Source: an uncultured Chloroflexia bacterium
GTDB lineage: Bacteria; Chloroflexota; Limnocylindria; Limnocylindrales; CSP1-4
NCBI GenBank assembly: GCA_963819655.1
Contig: CAWFXA010000003.1
Coordinates: 512,001-576,000, forward strand
DNA length: 64,000 bases
Direction: 5' to 3'
Positions 53,321-64,000 of this stretch are shown piece after piece (position 1 is the first letter of the stretch; each line of letters begins with the position of its first letter). A program made the translations under genes and the position numbers. The notes beneath the pieces were generated by a model. That model ran no database searches. It worked only from the letters and a program-made list of their open reading frames with translations, and had not been told where the DNA came from.

Positions 53321-54457
53321 GTGGAGATCACGCCCTTCACCGTCGCTGTCTCCGATGCCGATGTCGCCGATCTGCAGTCGCGCTTGGCAAACACTCGCTG
53401 GCCCGTCGACATGGTCAGCGACTGGAGCCGTGGCGTCCCGACATCGTACGCGCGGACCCTGGCCGAGACCTGGGCGACCAGCTACGACTGGCGGGTGCAG
53501 GAGGCCCGGCTCAACTCTTTCCCACAGTTCACCGCCACCATCGACGGCCAGCTCTTCCACTTCGTCCACGTCCGCTCGACTGTCGCCGGGGCCACTCCCC
53601 TCCTCCTGGCTCACGGCTATCCGAGCTCATTCGTCGAGTTCACCCGGATGATCGAACCGCTGGTCGACCCGGAGGCCCACGGCGGTCGGCCCGAGGACGC
53701 CTTCCACGTCGTGATCCCATCGCTGCCCGGATTCGGCTTCTCCGCGCCGCCGGTCCCCGGTTGGGGCATCCAGAAGGCAGCCAACGCGTTCGATCAGATC
53801 ATGCAGGCACTCGGTTACGAGCGCTACGGAGTGTCCGGCGGCGATGTCGGGGCCGGGATCTCAGCGGAGCTGGGACTGATCGCTGGCGAGCGGATGATCG
53901 GGGCGCTCGTCGTCACAGATCCCGGAGCGATCGCGACCGAGTACACGCCGCCGACGGACCACCTCACCAAGGACGAGCAGGCCCGCCACGCTGAGCTCAA
54001 GGCGGCGCGCCGCGAGGACTTCGGGTACATCGCGCTCCAGACAACGCGGCCACAGTCGATCGCCTATGGCTTGACCGATTCGCCGGTCACCCAGCTCAGC
54101 TGGATCGTCGAGAAGGTCCAGGAATGGACCGATCCGGCCAAGCCGCTCCCGGAGGATGCCGTCGATCTCGACCACCTCCTCACCCTCGTGAGCGTGTACT
54201 GGTTCAACCGAGGCGGCGCCGGCGCCGCGAACTTCCTGTACGAGACCGCCCACACCGCAGCGTCCTGGGGCGAGGCCCACGATCGACCGCAAGGATTCGT
54301 GTCCTTCGGGCGTGATCCGCTCGTGCGCCGGATCCTGGATCCCGAAGGGCGACTGGCGTACTGGAACGAGCACGACGCCGGCGGGCACTTCCCGGCGCTG
54401 GAGGTCCCCGACCTCTACGTCGGCGACGTGCGGGCGTTCTTCGCGGGTCTGCGCTGA
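53321..54457 (+). CDS. Epoxide hydrolase (EHN domain)
   Basis: RL..TRWP, HGYP, PSLPGFGFS, GGDVG, GGHF. Confidence 0.93.
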   Translation: MEITPFTVAVSDADVADLQSRLANTRWPVDMVSDWSRGVPTSYARTLAETWATSYDWRVQEARLNSFPQFTATIDGQLFHFVHVRSTVAGATPLLLAHGYPSSFVEFTRMIEPLVDPEAHGGRPEDAFHVVIPSLPGFGFSAPPVPGWGIQKAANAFDQIMQALGYERYGVSGGDVGAGISAELGLIAGERMIGALVVTDPGAIATEYTPPTDHLTKDEQARHAELKAARREDFGYIALQTTRPQSIAYGLTDSPVTQLSWIVEKVQEWTDPAKPLPEDAVDLDHLLTLVSVYWFNRGGAGAANFLYETAHTAASWGEAHDRPQGFVSFGRDPLVRRILDPEGRLAYWNEHDAGGHFPALEVPDLYVGDVRAFFAGLR

Positions 54458-54685
54458 CGGATACGCGATCAGATCCGGGTCGCGGCTCCATCTTTCGGGG
54501 CGAGCACTCGTCGCCTCACTGGCAGCCACCGGACGTGCAGTCGACCGTCGCGGATGCCGGCGCCGACCGATTTCCTGCGCCGTGACCGCAACGACATCGA
54601 TCGTGTTCACCCTGCCCAGTTCCGCGTAGAGGATGGCCTGGTAGGTCGTCTACCCTTCGACGAACACCTGCAGGGAGCGACGACC

Positions 54686-55294
54686 ATGAAGCTGACCGCA
54701 TCGATGATGCTGACCGTGGACGGCGTGTACCAGGGCCCCGGCGGCCCCGACGAGGACCGGCGCGGCGGGTTCGACCGCGGCGGTTGGACTGCGGCGTACG
54801 CCGACGAGGAGATGTGGCCATTCCTGACCTCGTGGTTCGAGCGCGCGGACGCGTTCCTCCTCGGGCGCAAGACCTGGGAGATCTGGCTGCCGTACTGGCC
54901 GCATCACGACAGCGGCGATCCGGTCTCCCACGGCATCAACGTCCTGCCCAAGTACGTGCCCTCGACCACGCTCAAGGATCCGACGTGGCAGAACACCCAC
55001 GTGATCGACGGCGACGTCGAGGCGGCGGTCCGCGAGCTCAAGGCGAAGCCCGGGCGCGAGCTCCAGGTCCACGGCAGCGGCGTCCTCCTCCGCTGGCTGC
55101 TCGAGCGCGACCTCGTCGACGAGCTCAACCTGCGGATCTACCCGGTCATCGTGGGCGACGGGCTCCGACTCTTCCCGGAGCACGGCCAGACGCACAACCT
55201 GGAGCTGGTCGAGTCGCGCTCGATCCCGTCCGGCGTGATGCTCCAGACGTACCGACCGGCCGGCCGCGCGACCTTCGCGAACGCCGGGGAGTGA
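54686..55294 (+). CDS. Dihydrofolate reductase / RibD-C family protein
   Basis: TVDGVYQGPG, LLGRKT, VHGS, G.GLRLF. Confidence 0.92.
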   Translation: MKLTASMMLTVDGVYQGPGGPDEDRRGGFDRGGWTAAYADEEMWPFLTSWFERADAFLLGRKTWEIWLPYWPHHDSGDPVSHGINVLPKYVPSTTLKDPTWQNTHVIDGDVEAAVRELKAKPGRELQVHGSGVLLRWLLERDLVDELNLRIYPVIVGDGLRLFPEHGQTHNLELVESRSIPSGVMLQTYRPAGRATFANAGE

Positions 55295-55307
55295 AGCCGG
55301 CGCGGCG

Positions 55308-55752
55308 TTACCCGGCTACGGGTCGATCGGCGTTTGGATCTGTTGACGTGTCCGGATCGGCCGGGACTGCGCCCGTCTGCGGCGCGATCCGTCTGACTTC
55401 CTCCATCGTGAACTCGCCCCGGTGGCTCCGGATCCAGGCGCGCGCGCCCCGATAGCGAATCGCCTCACGCCGCTGGCGTCGCAAGCGCCACGATCAGCAT
55501 CGCGGCCGTCGTTGCGAACACCACCAGGCGAACGCCGCCCTCTTCGGGGTCGAGAGTGTTCGTCAGCCAGGCATAGGCGGCCCACGCCAACCACAGCGCG
55601 GCAAGCAGGAGCCCGCCCCGCAGGAGCCCTGCCCCGCTCTCGTTCGCGGCGAGGAACCCAGTCACCTGCGTGATGGCGAAGACGAAGACGAGGTCGAAGA
55701 ACAGCTCCAGCGGCGTCACCCGCTGCTCGCCCTCGACCGGACGAACGTGCAT
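55308..55752 (-). pseudogene. LtrA family gene with large internal deletion
   Basis: N-terminal RVTPLELFFDLVFVFAITQ stops at 55465; EAIRYRGARAWIR tail follows in another frame. Confidence 0.8.
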
Positions 55753-55858
55753 CGCGGTCAGATTCGTCCAGGCCCTACCCGCGTCGAATGACGCCCCGCC
55801 GGCCCGGCAGACCGCGTATTGTGACCCGGGACGCGGGATGAGCTCGGAGGGAACCGTC

Positions 55859-56515
55859 ATGCCAACGCCGCTGACCCTCGCACGCACGATCGCCGTCGCG
55901 TGCGCCGTCCTCGCGGTCGCGTCCTGCGGCGGGAGTGCCGGGTCGGTTGCGCCGCCGACTCCGAGTGGCGCGGCGGCGTCGCCAGCGGCCGGACCGACGC
56001 TCCTCTGGCCCGCGCCGTCGGATCCGCTCGAGCGCACCGTCGCGGCCGGCCTGGAGCCCGCGCCGAAGGAGTACACGGACAACCACGTCCACGCCCACCT
56101 GGACGTGTTCATCGACGGCGGCGAGATCCTGGTCCCGGCGGGGATCGGGATCAACATCGAAGACCCCGAGGTCGTCTATTTCGAGGATGTGGGCTCGTAT
56201 GGCGGCATCGAGATGTGCGCACAACCGTGCATCTCGCCGCTCCACACCCACGACGCGTCCGGGATCCTTCACACCGAGTCGTCGGATATGGCGTCGCACA
56301 CCCTTGGCCAGTTCTTCACCGAGTGGGGTGTCGAGCTCAGCGAGACCTGCGTCGGGGAGCACTGCGCGCCGACGCCGATCGCGGTGTACATCGGCGGTGA
56401 GCTCTACGAGGGGGATCCTCGGGCGATCGAGCTCACCGACCAGAAGGTGATCGTGATCGTCGTGGGGACCCCGCCCGCGGTGATCCCGTCGACGGCCGAC
56501 TTCTCGACCGCCTAA
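55859..56515 (+). CDS. His-motif lipoprotein of unknown function
   Basis: VASC lipobox; HVHAHL, PLHTHD.SG.LH.E. Confidence 0.8.
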   Translation: MPTPLTLARTIAVACAVLAVASCGGSAGSVAPPTPSGAAASPAAGPTLLWPAPSDPLERTVAAGLEPAPKEYTDNHVHAHLDVFIDGGEILVPAGIGINIEDPEVVYFEDVGSYGGIEMCAQPCISPLHTHDASGILHTESSDMASHTLGQFFTEWGVELSETCVGEHCAPTPIAVYIGGELYEGDPRAIELTDQKVIVIVVGTPPAVIPSTADFSTA

Positions 56516-56549
56516 GTTGTCGAGTGAGCAGCGGCCTGCGTGCCTGGCG

Positions 56550-56993
56550 CTAGCCCGTTGCGGCGACCGGTTGGCGCGAGCCTTCCGTGACTTCGCCCTT
56601 GTGGGCGGCGAACGCAGCCAGGACCTCGTCCTTCTCCGCCGTCGGGACCTTGAACTCGTCGAGCGTCTTCGCGAGGATGCCGGCGACGGCATCGAATTCC
56701 TCGGGAGCGATATGCAGGTTGCGATGCGCTTCTTCGAGGCTCAGCCGGTCATGCCCAGGCTTCGTCCCGACGTACCCCTGCGGACCACCCGCAACATTGC
56801 AGAGCCACAGCGTCCGCATGAACTTGAGGCCGGGCAGACGCCCCAGCTCCTTCGTGTGCCATTCGCGTAGAGCCGGATTGCTCGAACCCTGACCAGCAAC
56901 CCGGTCCTCGATGATCGCGTCGCTGAAGCGATCGACCACGGCCGCGATCGCAAAGGCGCCTCCCAGGCGCTCATACAAGCTGTTCTGGGCCAT
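56550..56993 (-). CDS. Group 1 truncated hemoglobin
   Basis: SLYERLGG, GGP..Y.G, AH..L.I..EEFD. Confidence 0.92.
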   Translation of the reverse strand: MAQNSLYERLGGAFAIAAVVDRFSDAIIEDRVAGQGSSNPALREWHTKELGRLPGLKFMRTLWLCNVAGGPQGYVGTKPGHDRLSLEEAHRNLHIAPEEFDAVAGILAKTLDEFKVPTAEKDEVLAAFAAHKGEVTEGSRQPVAATG

Positions 56994-57120
56994 CGTGCGT
57001 CCTCCTTGTGGGCTGCAGGCCCGACATGTCGCGACGGGTCCCCCGCTGCCTGACGATTTGTTCGATCCGTCGGCGCGGATTGCCCGACGACAACGCCAGT
57101 CGTGCGGACGATGGCTTCGC

Positions 57121-58269
57121 TCACGCGTCCTTCGGGCGCTCGAGGGCGATCCCCTGCTCTGCCGCCCAGCGACCGACGTCGCGCTTCTCGATGGCTGCGG
57201 CCATCAGGCCCGGGAAATGGTCCGGCGTGCAGGCGAATGCCGGAGCGCCGAGGGCGGCGAGTTTCGCGGCGAGCTCGTGGTCGAACGATGGTGCGCCCTT
57301 GTCCGACAGCGCAAGGAGCACGATCACGCTGACGCCGGCGGCCAACAGTTGCGAGACGCGGGCGATGAGCTCCTGCTCGACCCCGCCCTCGAAAAGGTCG
57401 CTGATCAGCACGAAGATCGTGTCGGCGGGGCGCGCGACGAGCGTCTGGCAGTAGCCGACCGCCCGGTTGATGTCGGTCCCGCCGCCGAGCTGGGTGGAGA
57501 ACAGGACCTCGACCGGATCGTCCAGGAGGTCCGTCAGGTCGACGACCGACGTGTCGAAGACGACGAGCTTCGTCTCGACCGAACGGATCGAGGCCATGAC
57601 GGCGGCGAACACGGATGAATAGACGACCGAGGCGGCCATCGAGCCCGACTGGTCGACCGCGATCACCACGTCCCGCAGGGCATTCGATCGCCGGGCATGC
57701 CCGAGCAAGGTTTCCGGGATGACCGTCTTGTAGTCCGGCTGGTAGTGACGCATGTTTCGCCGGATCGTGCGGTCCCAATCGATGTCACGCTGGCGCGGTC
57801 GGCGGGTGACCGCAGCCCGGTTGAGCGCCCCGGCGATCGCCTGCTGGAGCGGGCTTTGCAGGCGACGCTGGATGTCCTCGACGACCTCGCGGACGATCGC
57901 TCGGGCGGTCGACCGGGTTTCTTCCGGCATGACCCCGCCGAGCGCGATCAGCTCGGTGGCGAGGTTGAGGTCGGGCTGGATCGTCGCCAGCAGCTCCGGT
58001 TCGAGGAGCATCCGGCGCAGGTTCAGCCGCTCGAGCGCGTCCTGCTGCATCACCGATACGACCGAGGAGGGGAAGTAGGTCCGGATGTCGCCGAGCCAGC
58101 GGACCACCGTCGGCGACGATGCTCCCATGCCGGCGCTCCGTTCTGCGTCGTAGAGGCGTTCGAGGGCCTGGTCACGCTTCAGGTCGTCGCCCGCCAGTGC
58201 GAGGCCCGTCCCGTCGGCATCGCCACCGCCGAGTGCGAGGCGCCAGCGCCGGAGCCGTTCGTCGCTCAC
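57121..58269 (-). CDS. VWA domain protein (YehP/CoxE-like)
   Basis: ERLRRWRL.LG, DQSGSM MIDAS, GGGTDI, ISDL. Confidence 0.93.
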   Translation of the reverse strand: MSDERLRRWRLALGGGDADGTGLALAGDDLKRDQALERLYDAERSAGMGASSPTVVRWLGDIRTYFPSSVVSVMQQDALERLNLRRMLLEPELLATIQPDLNLATELIALGGVMPEETRSTARAIVREVVEDIQRRLQSPLQQAIAGALNRAAVTRRPRQRDIDWDRTIRRNMRHYQPDYKTVIPETLLGHARRSNALRDVVIAVDQSGSMAASVVYSSVFAAVMASIRSVETKLVVFDTSVVDLTDLLDDPVEVLFSTQLGGGTDINRAVGYCQTLVARPADTIFVLISDLFEGGVEQELIARVSQLLAAGVSVIVLLALSDKGAPSFDHELAAKLAALGAPAFACTPDHFPGLMAAAIEKRDVGRWAAEQGIALERPKDA

Positions 58270-60543
58270 CGCTGCTCCTCGATGCCCAGGATCCTGGCGA
58301 GGATGGGCATCACCATGTCGGCGCGACGTTCGTCGAGACCGGCCGCTGCGGCCTTCGATCGTTCGCGGCGGCCGGCGAGGATCCGTTCGCCGATCGACCT
58401 TCGCTCCGGGACGCTGAACGTCGCGATCGTTCGACGCAACAGCGGCAGGATGTTGTCGAAGGCCTCCTGTGGCATGTCCGTCACCCAGCCATCGATGGTG
58501 TCGAACAGATCCTGGTCGTGGAGCAGGATGGTGCCGCTGTCGCGTAGGAAGCCCTCGACCCAGCCCGCGCCGACGGCCGGATCCGCGCCCGGCGAGAGGG
58601 CGAGGCGCATCCGGCGAGCCGCGTCGGCGCTGTCGAGGACGCCCTCGTCCAGCAGGAGGCGGGTCGCCCGGCCGGCCACGAGGCCATGGAGGCCCTCCTG
58701 GTCGATCAGACGAAGCAAGGACTCGCGCCAGGCCACGCGGTCCTCAGCATCGTCTAGCAGGGCGACCGCGCCGTGCACACCGTCGACCTGGCTCGCGAAG
58801 ATCGCGGCCGCGTCGTCGTCGAGCGAGGCGGCCGCGCTCGACAGCCCGATACAGATGCGGGCGACGAGCCCGTCGACGACCGCCGACACGGCAGTCGCGT
58901 CCGTGCCCCGGACGTTGCCGTACCGCAAGACCCTGGCGAGTGGCGGCAGGGCGTCCATGAGGGCAGGCACGTCGGCACCGACCGCCGCCATGTCGCCGAT
59001 CCGGTCGACCACGAGCTCGATCGCCTTCGGAAGATCGGCGAGGAGCACCGACTCGATCAACGAGGTCAGCGCTGCGAGGTCGTCCGCGCCATTGGCGGCC
59101 TCGATCGACGAGTTCGTCGCCGCTTCCTCGATCGTGTTCCCGAAGCGGCTGGCCGCGACCAGGTCGATCACGAACTCTGGCTGCCACGCGAGTGCCCAGA
59201 CCTCGTGGAATGTGCCGCTCTTGCCGCGGACCTGCTGGGTCTGACCCCAGTCGACGCCGAGGATCCCGAGTCGATGCAGGAGGTGACTGCGCGCGCGATC
59301 GGTTTCCGACCGGAGGTCCAGATCGATCGTCTTCTGACCGGGCTCCGGGCGCATGCGGAGTCGGCGGGAGAGCTGCTCGAGGTCGGCGGCGAGGGGCGCC
59401 ACCGGGGCGTCGGGCGGGGTCTCGCCCATGACCTGGCCCACGATGAGCCGGTCGCGCACGAGCTTGAGCGGCAGCTCGGAGCCCATGGCGAGGCACGCAC
59501 GAACGGCCTCATTGAGCTCGGACAGCGACGGCACGGCCCGGCCGCGCATGGCCGCGAGGGTCTCTGCGAGTCGGACGGCTTCGACGAGGTGTGCCGCGGA
59601 GGCATCGAGTCCTTCCTCGCGGAAGAGCGCGGCGACCTTGGCCATCCACGAAACGGCGAGCGGTTCCGTGCCCGACCACAGGTGGGCGTACCAGCCCGGG
59701 GACTCGACGCCGGCGCCGTAGCCCGACTCGGCGGCCAGGCGGTCGAACGTCCACGGCACCCAGGCGGCCGCGGTCTTCATCGGCCTTGGGCAGGGCCCGG
59801 AGGATCCGGTCGTCCTGCGCGGCAGGCGGCAGCTTCTCGAGGGCGGGCGCATGCCAGGCCCCGCACACGACGGCGACGTTGGTCGAAGCCCGTCCTTGGC
59901 CGCTTGCGCGGATGCCGCGCCGCATCGCCGCCTCGCGCTGGAGCGTCAGGCTCTCCCCTTCCGGCAGTGCGTCGCGCACGGCGGTCATCGCTTCCGAGAC
60001 GGCGGCGAACAGGTCCCCGGGATCGCGTCGTGACTCGACCAACCTGTCCCAGAACCGCTCGCCGTCCTCTTCACCCGCGGCTTTCGCGAGCTCGGAGAGT
60101 GGGTCGTGACGAACGTCCTCGACGGCCGTGGTGTCCGGTGCCTCCTCCCCCTCCCCTGCCCCGTCGTCGGCCTCGATCGCTTCGGCGGCCGTGGCTTCGG
60201 CCAGCCGGCGCTCGAACTCCGCCTTGGCGACCGCGAACTGGGCGCCGGCCGCGAGGTCGATGAACCTGGCCGGGATGCCGTGCTCGAGGGCCCAGCGCAG
60301 TGCCACCCATTCCGGGCTGAACTCCGCCATCGGATAGAACGTGGCGACGCGCGGCTCGTCGGGCGCGTAGATGAGGAGCGCGACCGGCGGCCGCATCCCG
60401 GGATTCGCGATCAAGTCGATCAGGTTCGAGGCGTCCGACGGTCCTTCGACGAGCAGGGCGTCCGGCTGCAGCCGCTCGAGCTCAGCGAGCACGCTCCGCG
60501 CCGAGCCGGGGCCGTGGTGGCGGATGCCAAGGATCGTGGTCAC
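58266..60543 (-). CDS. DUF5682 (YehM-like) protein, frameshift near 59780
   Basis: GIRHHGPGSA, AEFSPEW, VCGAWH in frame 1; WVPWT..RL...SGYGAG in frame 2. Confidence 0.88.
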
Positions 60544-60556
60544 TGTCCGGCCGTGG

Positions 60557-61654
60557 CTATTCGGCCTCCTCGCGGCAGGCCTTGTAGAGCTCGCGCCAAC
60601 CGCCGTCGCGTTCCTTCATCACGGTCTCCAGGTACTCACGCCAGACGGCGGCGTCCTGGACGGGATCGCGGATGATCGCGCCGGTCAGCCCAGCGGCGAT
60701 GTCGTGGGGCGTGAGCCGACCCGCGCCGAAATGCCCCGCGAGCGAGAGGCCCTGGTTGACCACTGCGATCGCCTCGGCTGTCGAGAGGGTCGCCGACGGG
60801 ACCTTGAGCTTGTTCTTGCCGTCCTCCGTCTGACCCGACCGGAGCTCTCGGAAGATCGTGACGATGCGGCGGATCTCCTCGAGGGCGGGTGCCTCAGCCG
60901 GCAGGTCGAGGGCGCGGCCCATCTCCCCTACTCGCTGCTGCACGATCTGGACTTCCTGCTCGACCGACGCCGGGAGCGGCAGGACGACGGTGTTGAAGCG
61001 CCGTCGGAGCGCGGACGAGAGCTCGTTGACGCCTCTGTCGCGGTTGTTCGCGGTGGCGATCACGTTGAAGCCGTTGACCGCCTGGACTTCCTCGCCGAGC
61101 TCCGCGATCGGCAGGGACTTCTCGGACAGGATCGTGATCAGCGCGTCCTGGACGTCCGACGGGATCCGGGTCAGCTCTTCGATGCGCACCTGTTTGCCTG
61201 CGGCCATGCCGACCATGACCGGGCTGGCGACGAGGGCAGCCCGCGATGGGCCATCGGCCAGGAGCCGGGCGTAGTTCCAGCCGTAGCGGATCGCCTCCTC
61301 GCCTGTGCCGGCGGTCCCCTGCACCAGCAGCGTCGAATCGCCGCTGATCGCAGCGGCGAGGTGTTCCGACAGCCAGCTCTTGGCGGTCCCGGGCACGCCC
61401 AGGAGGAGCAGGGCGCGGTCCGTGGCGAGCGTGGCCACCGCGATCTCCACCAGCCGCCGATCCCCGATGTACTTGGGCGTGACGTCGGTGCCGTCCTTGA
61501 GCTTGCCGCCCATGACGAACGTCACGACCGCCCACGGCGACAGGCGCCACCCCGATGGGCGCTGCTTCTCGTCGAGTCGGGCGAGGGCCTCGAGCTCGTC
61601 GGCCTGGGCCTGCTCGGCGTGGGCACGGAGGACGGCCGGGGGTGTCGTGGTCAT
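60557..61654 (-). CDS. MoxR-type AAA+ ATPase (YehL-like)
   Basis: GVPGTAKS, IRYGWNYA, EELTR, ATAN.RDRGVNELSSALRRRF. Confidence 0.94.
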   Translation of the reverse strand: MTTTPPAVLRAHAEQAQADELEALARLDEKQRPSGWRLSPWAVVTFVMGGKLKDGTDVTPKYIGDRRLVEIAVATLATDRALLLLGVPGTAKSWLSEHLAAAISGDSTLLVQGTAGTGEEAIRYGWNYARLLADGPSRAALVASPVMVGMAAGKQVRIEELTRIPSDVQDALITILSEKSLPIAELGEEVQAVNGFNVIATANNRDRGVNELSSALRRRFNTVVLPLPASVEQEVQIVQQRVGEMGRALDLPAEAPALEEIRRIVTIFRELRSGQTEDGKNKLKVPSATLSTAEAIAVVNQGLSLAGHFGAGRLTPHDIAAGLTGAIIRDPVQDAAVWREYLETVMKERDGGWRELYKACREEAE

Positions 61655-61665
61655 CGGGTCTCCCA

Positions 61666-64000
61666 TCAGGCTGGGGGTGTCATGGAGGAGAACGCCTCGC
61701 GGATGCGGGCGCGAAGTCGGATGGTCTCGACGACATCGGTGAGCGCCGGTCGGAGCTCGTCCTTGTACGACGCGACGTTGGTCAAGTCGTCCGCTCGGTC
61801 GGGTGGCAGGCGGAGCGCGGCGGCGCGGACGAGCTCGTAGAGTCCGGGTCCCGCGAACTGTTCCCGACCGACCAGACTGGCGACGTCGAGCACCGCGTCG
61901 GCGAGCGGCGCCGGCCAAGGCGCCGGGATCGATGCGGCGAGTGCTGCGAGCGTCGAAGGATGGAGGGCGGTAGCGGAGGTGGCCACGGCGGCGGCGGCGT
62001 CCGCCAACGAGAGCCCGTTCAGCACCTGCCCGACGTCGTTCGTGACCTTGTCCGGAACGGCCGGGTTGCTCAGGATCGCCGTCGCCCATGCAGGATCGCC
62101 GAAGCGGGCTGCTGCCGCGATCCAGCCCTCGAGCAGCGGGCGGGCTTCGTCTGATCGTGACGCCTGGTCGACGAGGCCTGGCGGATCCACCCGCAGCCAC
62201 TCGCTCCATCGTTCCGGACGGACATGGGCGAGGAGGGACCGGAGCAGCCAGGCGCGCTCGCCGTAGCCAGCTTCGGGCCGGCCGGTGAAACCCAGCGCCG
62301 CAAACTCCTCCGAGGGCGACGGCAGGGTGACCTTGAGATTCTTGCGGACGAGGCCGCCGGTCGCGAGGAGTGGCCTCGCTTCGTCCTCGATGCGACGGGT
62401 CAGTGCGGAATCCGGGAGCTGCACCAGGAGCCCCAGTGCGGTCCTGCGCACGTCGGCCCTTCGATCGGAGAGGGCCTCGGTGATGAAGGGTTCGTCCGCC
62501 GGTTCGATCCGCACGTCGACAGCCTCGAGCGCGCGCGCCCGATCATCCGACGGGATCGATGCCCACCAAGCCGCCAGGGCTTCTCGGGCGCGCGGCAGAT
62601 CCGACTGACGAATGCGCCGAACCACCGCAGCCTTGGCCGCCCCGGTCTGTGCCGCCGCCCAGGCTTCGTCCCAGTCCTCCCCCGTCCCCCACCACACGTC
62701 CCCGGCGAGTTCCGGGAATGTCCGAGCAAGCCACGCCGCGCGGGTCCCACCAAGCTCCACGTATGCGGCGGGGTCGTCTGCCCGCTTGGCCAATGCCATG
62801 AGGTCCGGGAGCCACTCGTCAGGCAGGCGACGGCCGGTTCCGCGCACGAGCTCGAGGATCTCGGGCGCCAGCGAAGGTCGCTCGTCGAAGCCGAGGCCGA
62901 CGTACCGTGCCGCCGCGCCCGTGAGCTGCGGATGCGGGTCGGGTTCGGCCGGCTGCGGGAGCGGCGCTTCGTCGCGGGTCGTCGTTCGACCTGCACGACG
63001 CCGGAGAGCCATCGACCCGGCCGCGACGAGGATCGCCCGCTCCGGCTCGGCACCCGCGACGAGACCGGCCACGGTCGCGGGAATGGGAGCGTTCCCTCCG
63101 GTTCGCTCCGTTCCGAGGAGGGCCGCCGAGACGAGCGCCGACCAGTCAGGGTCTTCGATCTTCAGTTCGAGGCCCTCGGTGTCCGTTGTCACCGACGCCA
63201 GGTGTCCATCGGCGAACGCCGCGAGGGGACGAAGCCAGTTGCCGTCCCACTCGGCGACGAGGGTCACCGGGTGGCCTCCCGACACGGCGAAGAGGCGCGG
63301 CGCGACGTCGGAGGTAAGCAGCGGGAGGGCCGTCCCGTCGGGATCCCGCACGAGCAGCTGATCCCCTCGAAGGACCGGCACGACGTCGCCGATCACGACC
63401 GGCCAGGAGCCGGCGAACGGATTGCGGGCGAGACGCGCGGCGTGTTCCTCGACGACCATGGAAAGCGCGGCGGCACCGGGGACATCGATGATGTCGCCAT
63501 CAGGTTCGATCGGTGGTCGGACGGCAGCGCGCAGCGGCGTCGATGACGGGTAGAAGGTCATGGTCGCCCGGAACGCCTGGCCGGGATAGGCGAGGAGCGT
63601 CGGCGGAGCGGCCCCGACGCCAAAGGCGAGATGCAGCGCGATCCGTCCGGACGACTCCCCGAGAAGGAACGTCCGCGCGGTCACGATGTCGCCGCGGTCG
63701 TCGATGCGCTGTCCGATGACGAGCCATCGGTCCTCCACGGCAGCGGCGGGGTCGAGCTCATCCTCCTTCACGTTCCAGCCGACCAGCGAGCGGACGTCTG
63801 CCCGCAGGTCATCGGGGAGCTGATCGGCGCGTCGATACGCCTCCGAAAGCAGGTGCAGGCGCCCGGCCCCCTCTAGCAGCAGGTGTGGCCAGGCGTCACC
63901 CGAGTTGGCCGCGGATCCCAGGCCGCGCACCGACCGACCCAACCCGCCGGCCTGCGCGTCGACGAGGCGGGCACCCATCGCGTCCCAGAATCGATAACCC
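61666..64000 (-). CDS. SWIM-associated (YehQ-like) region fused to DUF5691-like domain; 5' end outside window
   Basis: FWDAMGARLVDAQA.GL segment, then W.ALVSAALLGTER and L.DRR..VR..A..LL. Confidence 0.75.
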   Translation of the reverse strand, partial: GYRFWDAMGARLVDAQAGGLGRSVRGLGSAANSGDAWPHLLLEGAGRLHLLSEAYRRADQLPDDLRADVRSLVGWNVKEDELDPAAAVEDRWLVIGQRIDDRGDIVTARTFLLGESSGRIALHLAFGVGAAPPTLLAYPGQAFRATMTFYPSSTPLRAAVRPPIEPDGDIIDVPGAAALSMVVEEHAARLARNPFAGSWPVVIGDVVPVLRGDQLLVRDPDGTALPLLTSDVAPRLFAVSGGHPVTLVAEWDGNWLRPLAAFADGHLASVTTDTEGLELKIEDPDWSALVSAALLGTERTGGNAPIPATVAGLVAGAEPERAILVAAGSMALRRRAGRTTTRDEAPLPQPAEPDPHPQLTGAAARYVGLGFDERPSLAPEILELVRGTGRRLPDEWLPDLMALAKRADDPAAYVELGGTRAAWLARTFPELAGDVWWGTGEDWDEAWAAAQTGAAKAAVVRRIRQSDLPRAREALAAWWASIPSDDRARALEAVDVRIEPADEPFITEALSDRRADVRRTALGLLVQLPDSALTRRIEDEARPLLATGGLVRKNLKVTLPSPSEEFAALGFTGRPEAGYGERAWLLRSLLAHVRPERWSEWLRVDPPGLVDQASRSDEARPLLEGWIAAAARFGDPAWATAILSNPAVPDKVTNDVGQVLNGLSLADAAAAVATSATALHPSTLAALAASIPAPWPAPLADAVLDVASLVGREQFAGPGLYELVRAAALRLPPDRADDLTNVASYKDELRPALTDVVETIRLRARIREAFSSMTPPA

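Noticed and set aside
59770-59910. Split DUF5682 gene
   Set aside because: A local noisy indel stretch; likely sequencing error

Overview
High-GC bacterial chromosome segment. Gene content and style suggest Chloroflexota, possibly Limnocylindria-like; this is inference only. About 1-39 kb is mostly housekeeping: class A PBP, tyrS, hisC with a TrpR-like regulator, EF-G2, yebC-ruvC-ruvA, ruvB-tgt-recA-recX, rny-ymdB-PHP, miaB, miaA and hflX. Between miaB and miaA sits a catabolic insert (peptide-type ABC transporter, nucleoside hydrolase, non-pyrrolysine MttB, OYE-family flavoenzyme). About 39-64 kb is more accessory: O-acyltransferase, ABC exporter, vapBC, M14 peptidase, gene remnants and a yeh-like SWIM/DUF5691-MoxR-DUF5682-VWA locus. 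The most striking unexplained signal is the 39023-39460 intergenic region: two diverged ~232-bp tandem units, each with three co-oriented DnaA-box-like sites, a sigma70-type promoter and a ~90-nt rod-shaped RNA whose structure is conserved, with G-U pairs and a U-rich tail. This looks like a DnaA-box-controlled sRNA pair. Also notable: a dif-like site at 46485-46512 near where gene orientation shifts, a highly structured ~200-nt rny leader, a TGT with queuine-type pocket residues, an M14 peptidase with a possibly separate pro-domain, and many leaderless genes. Many frameshifts at 21.5-27.5 kb and ~59.8 kb look like sequencing errors.
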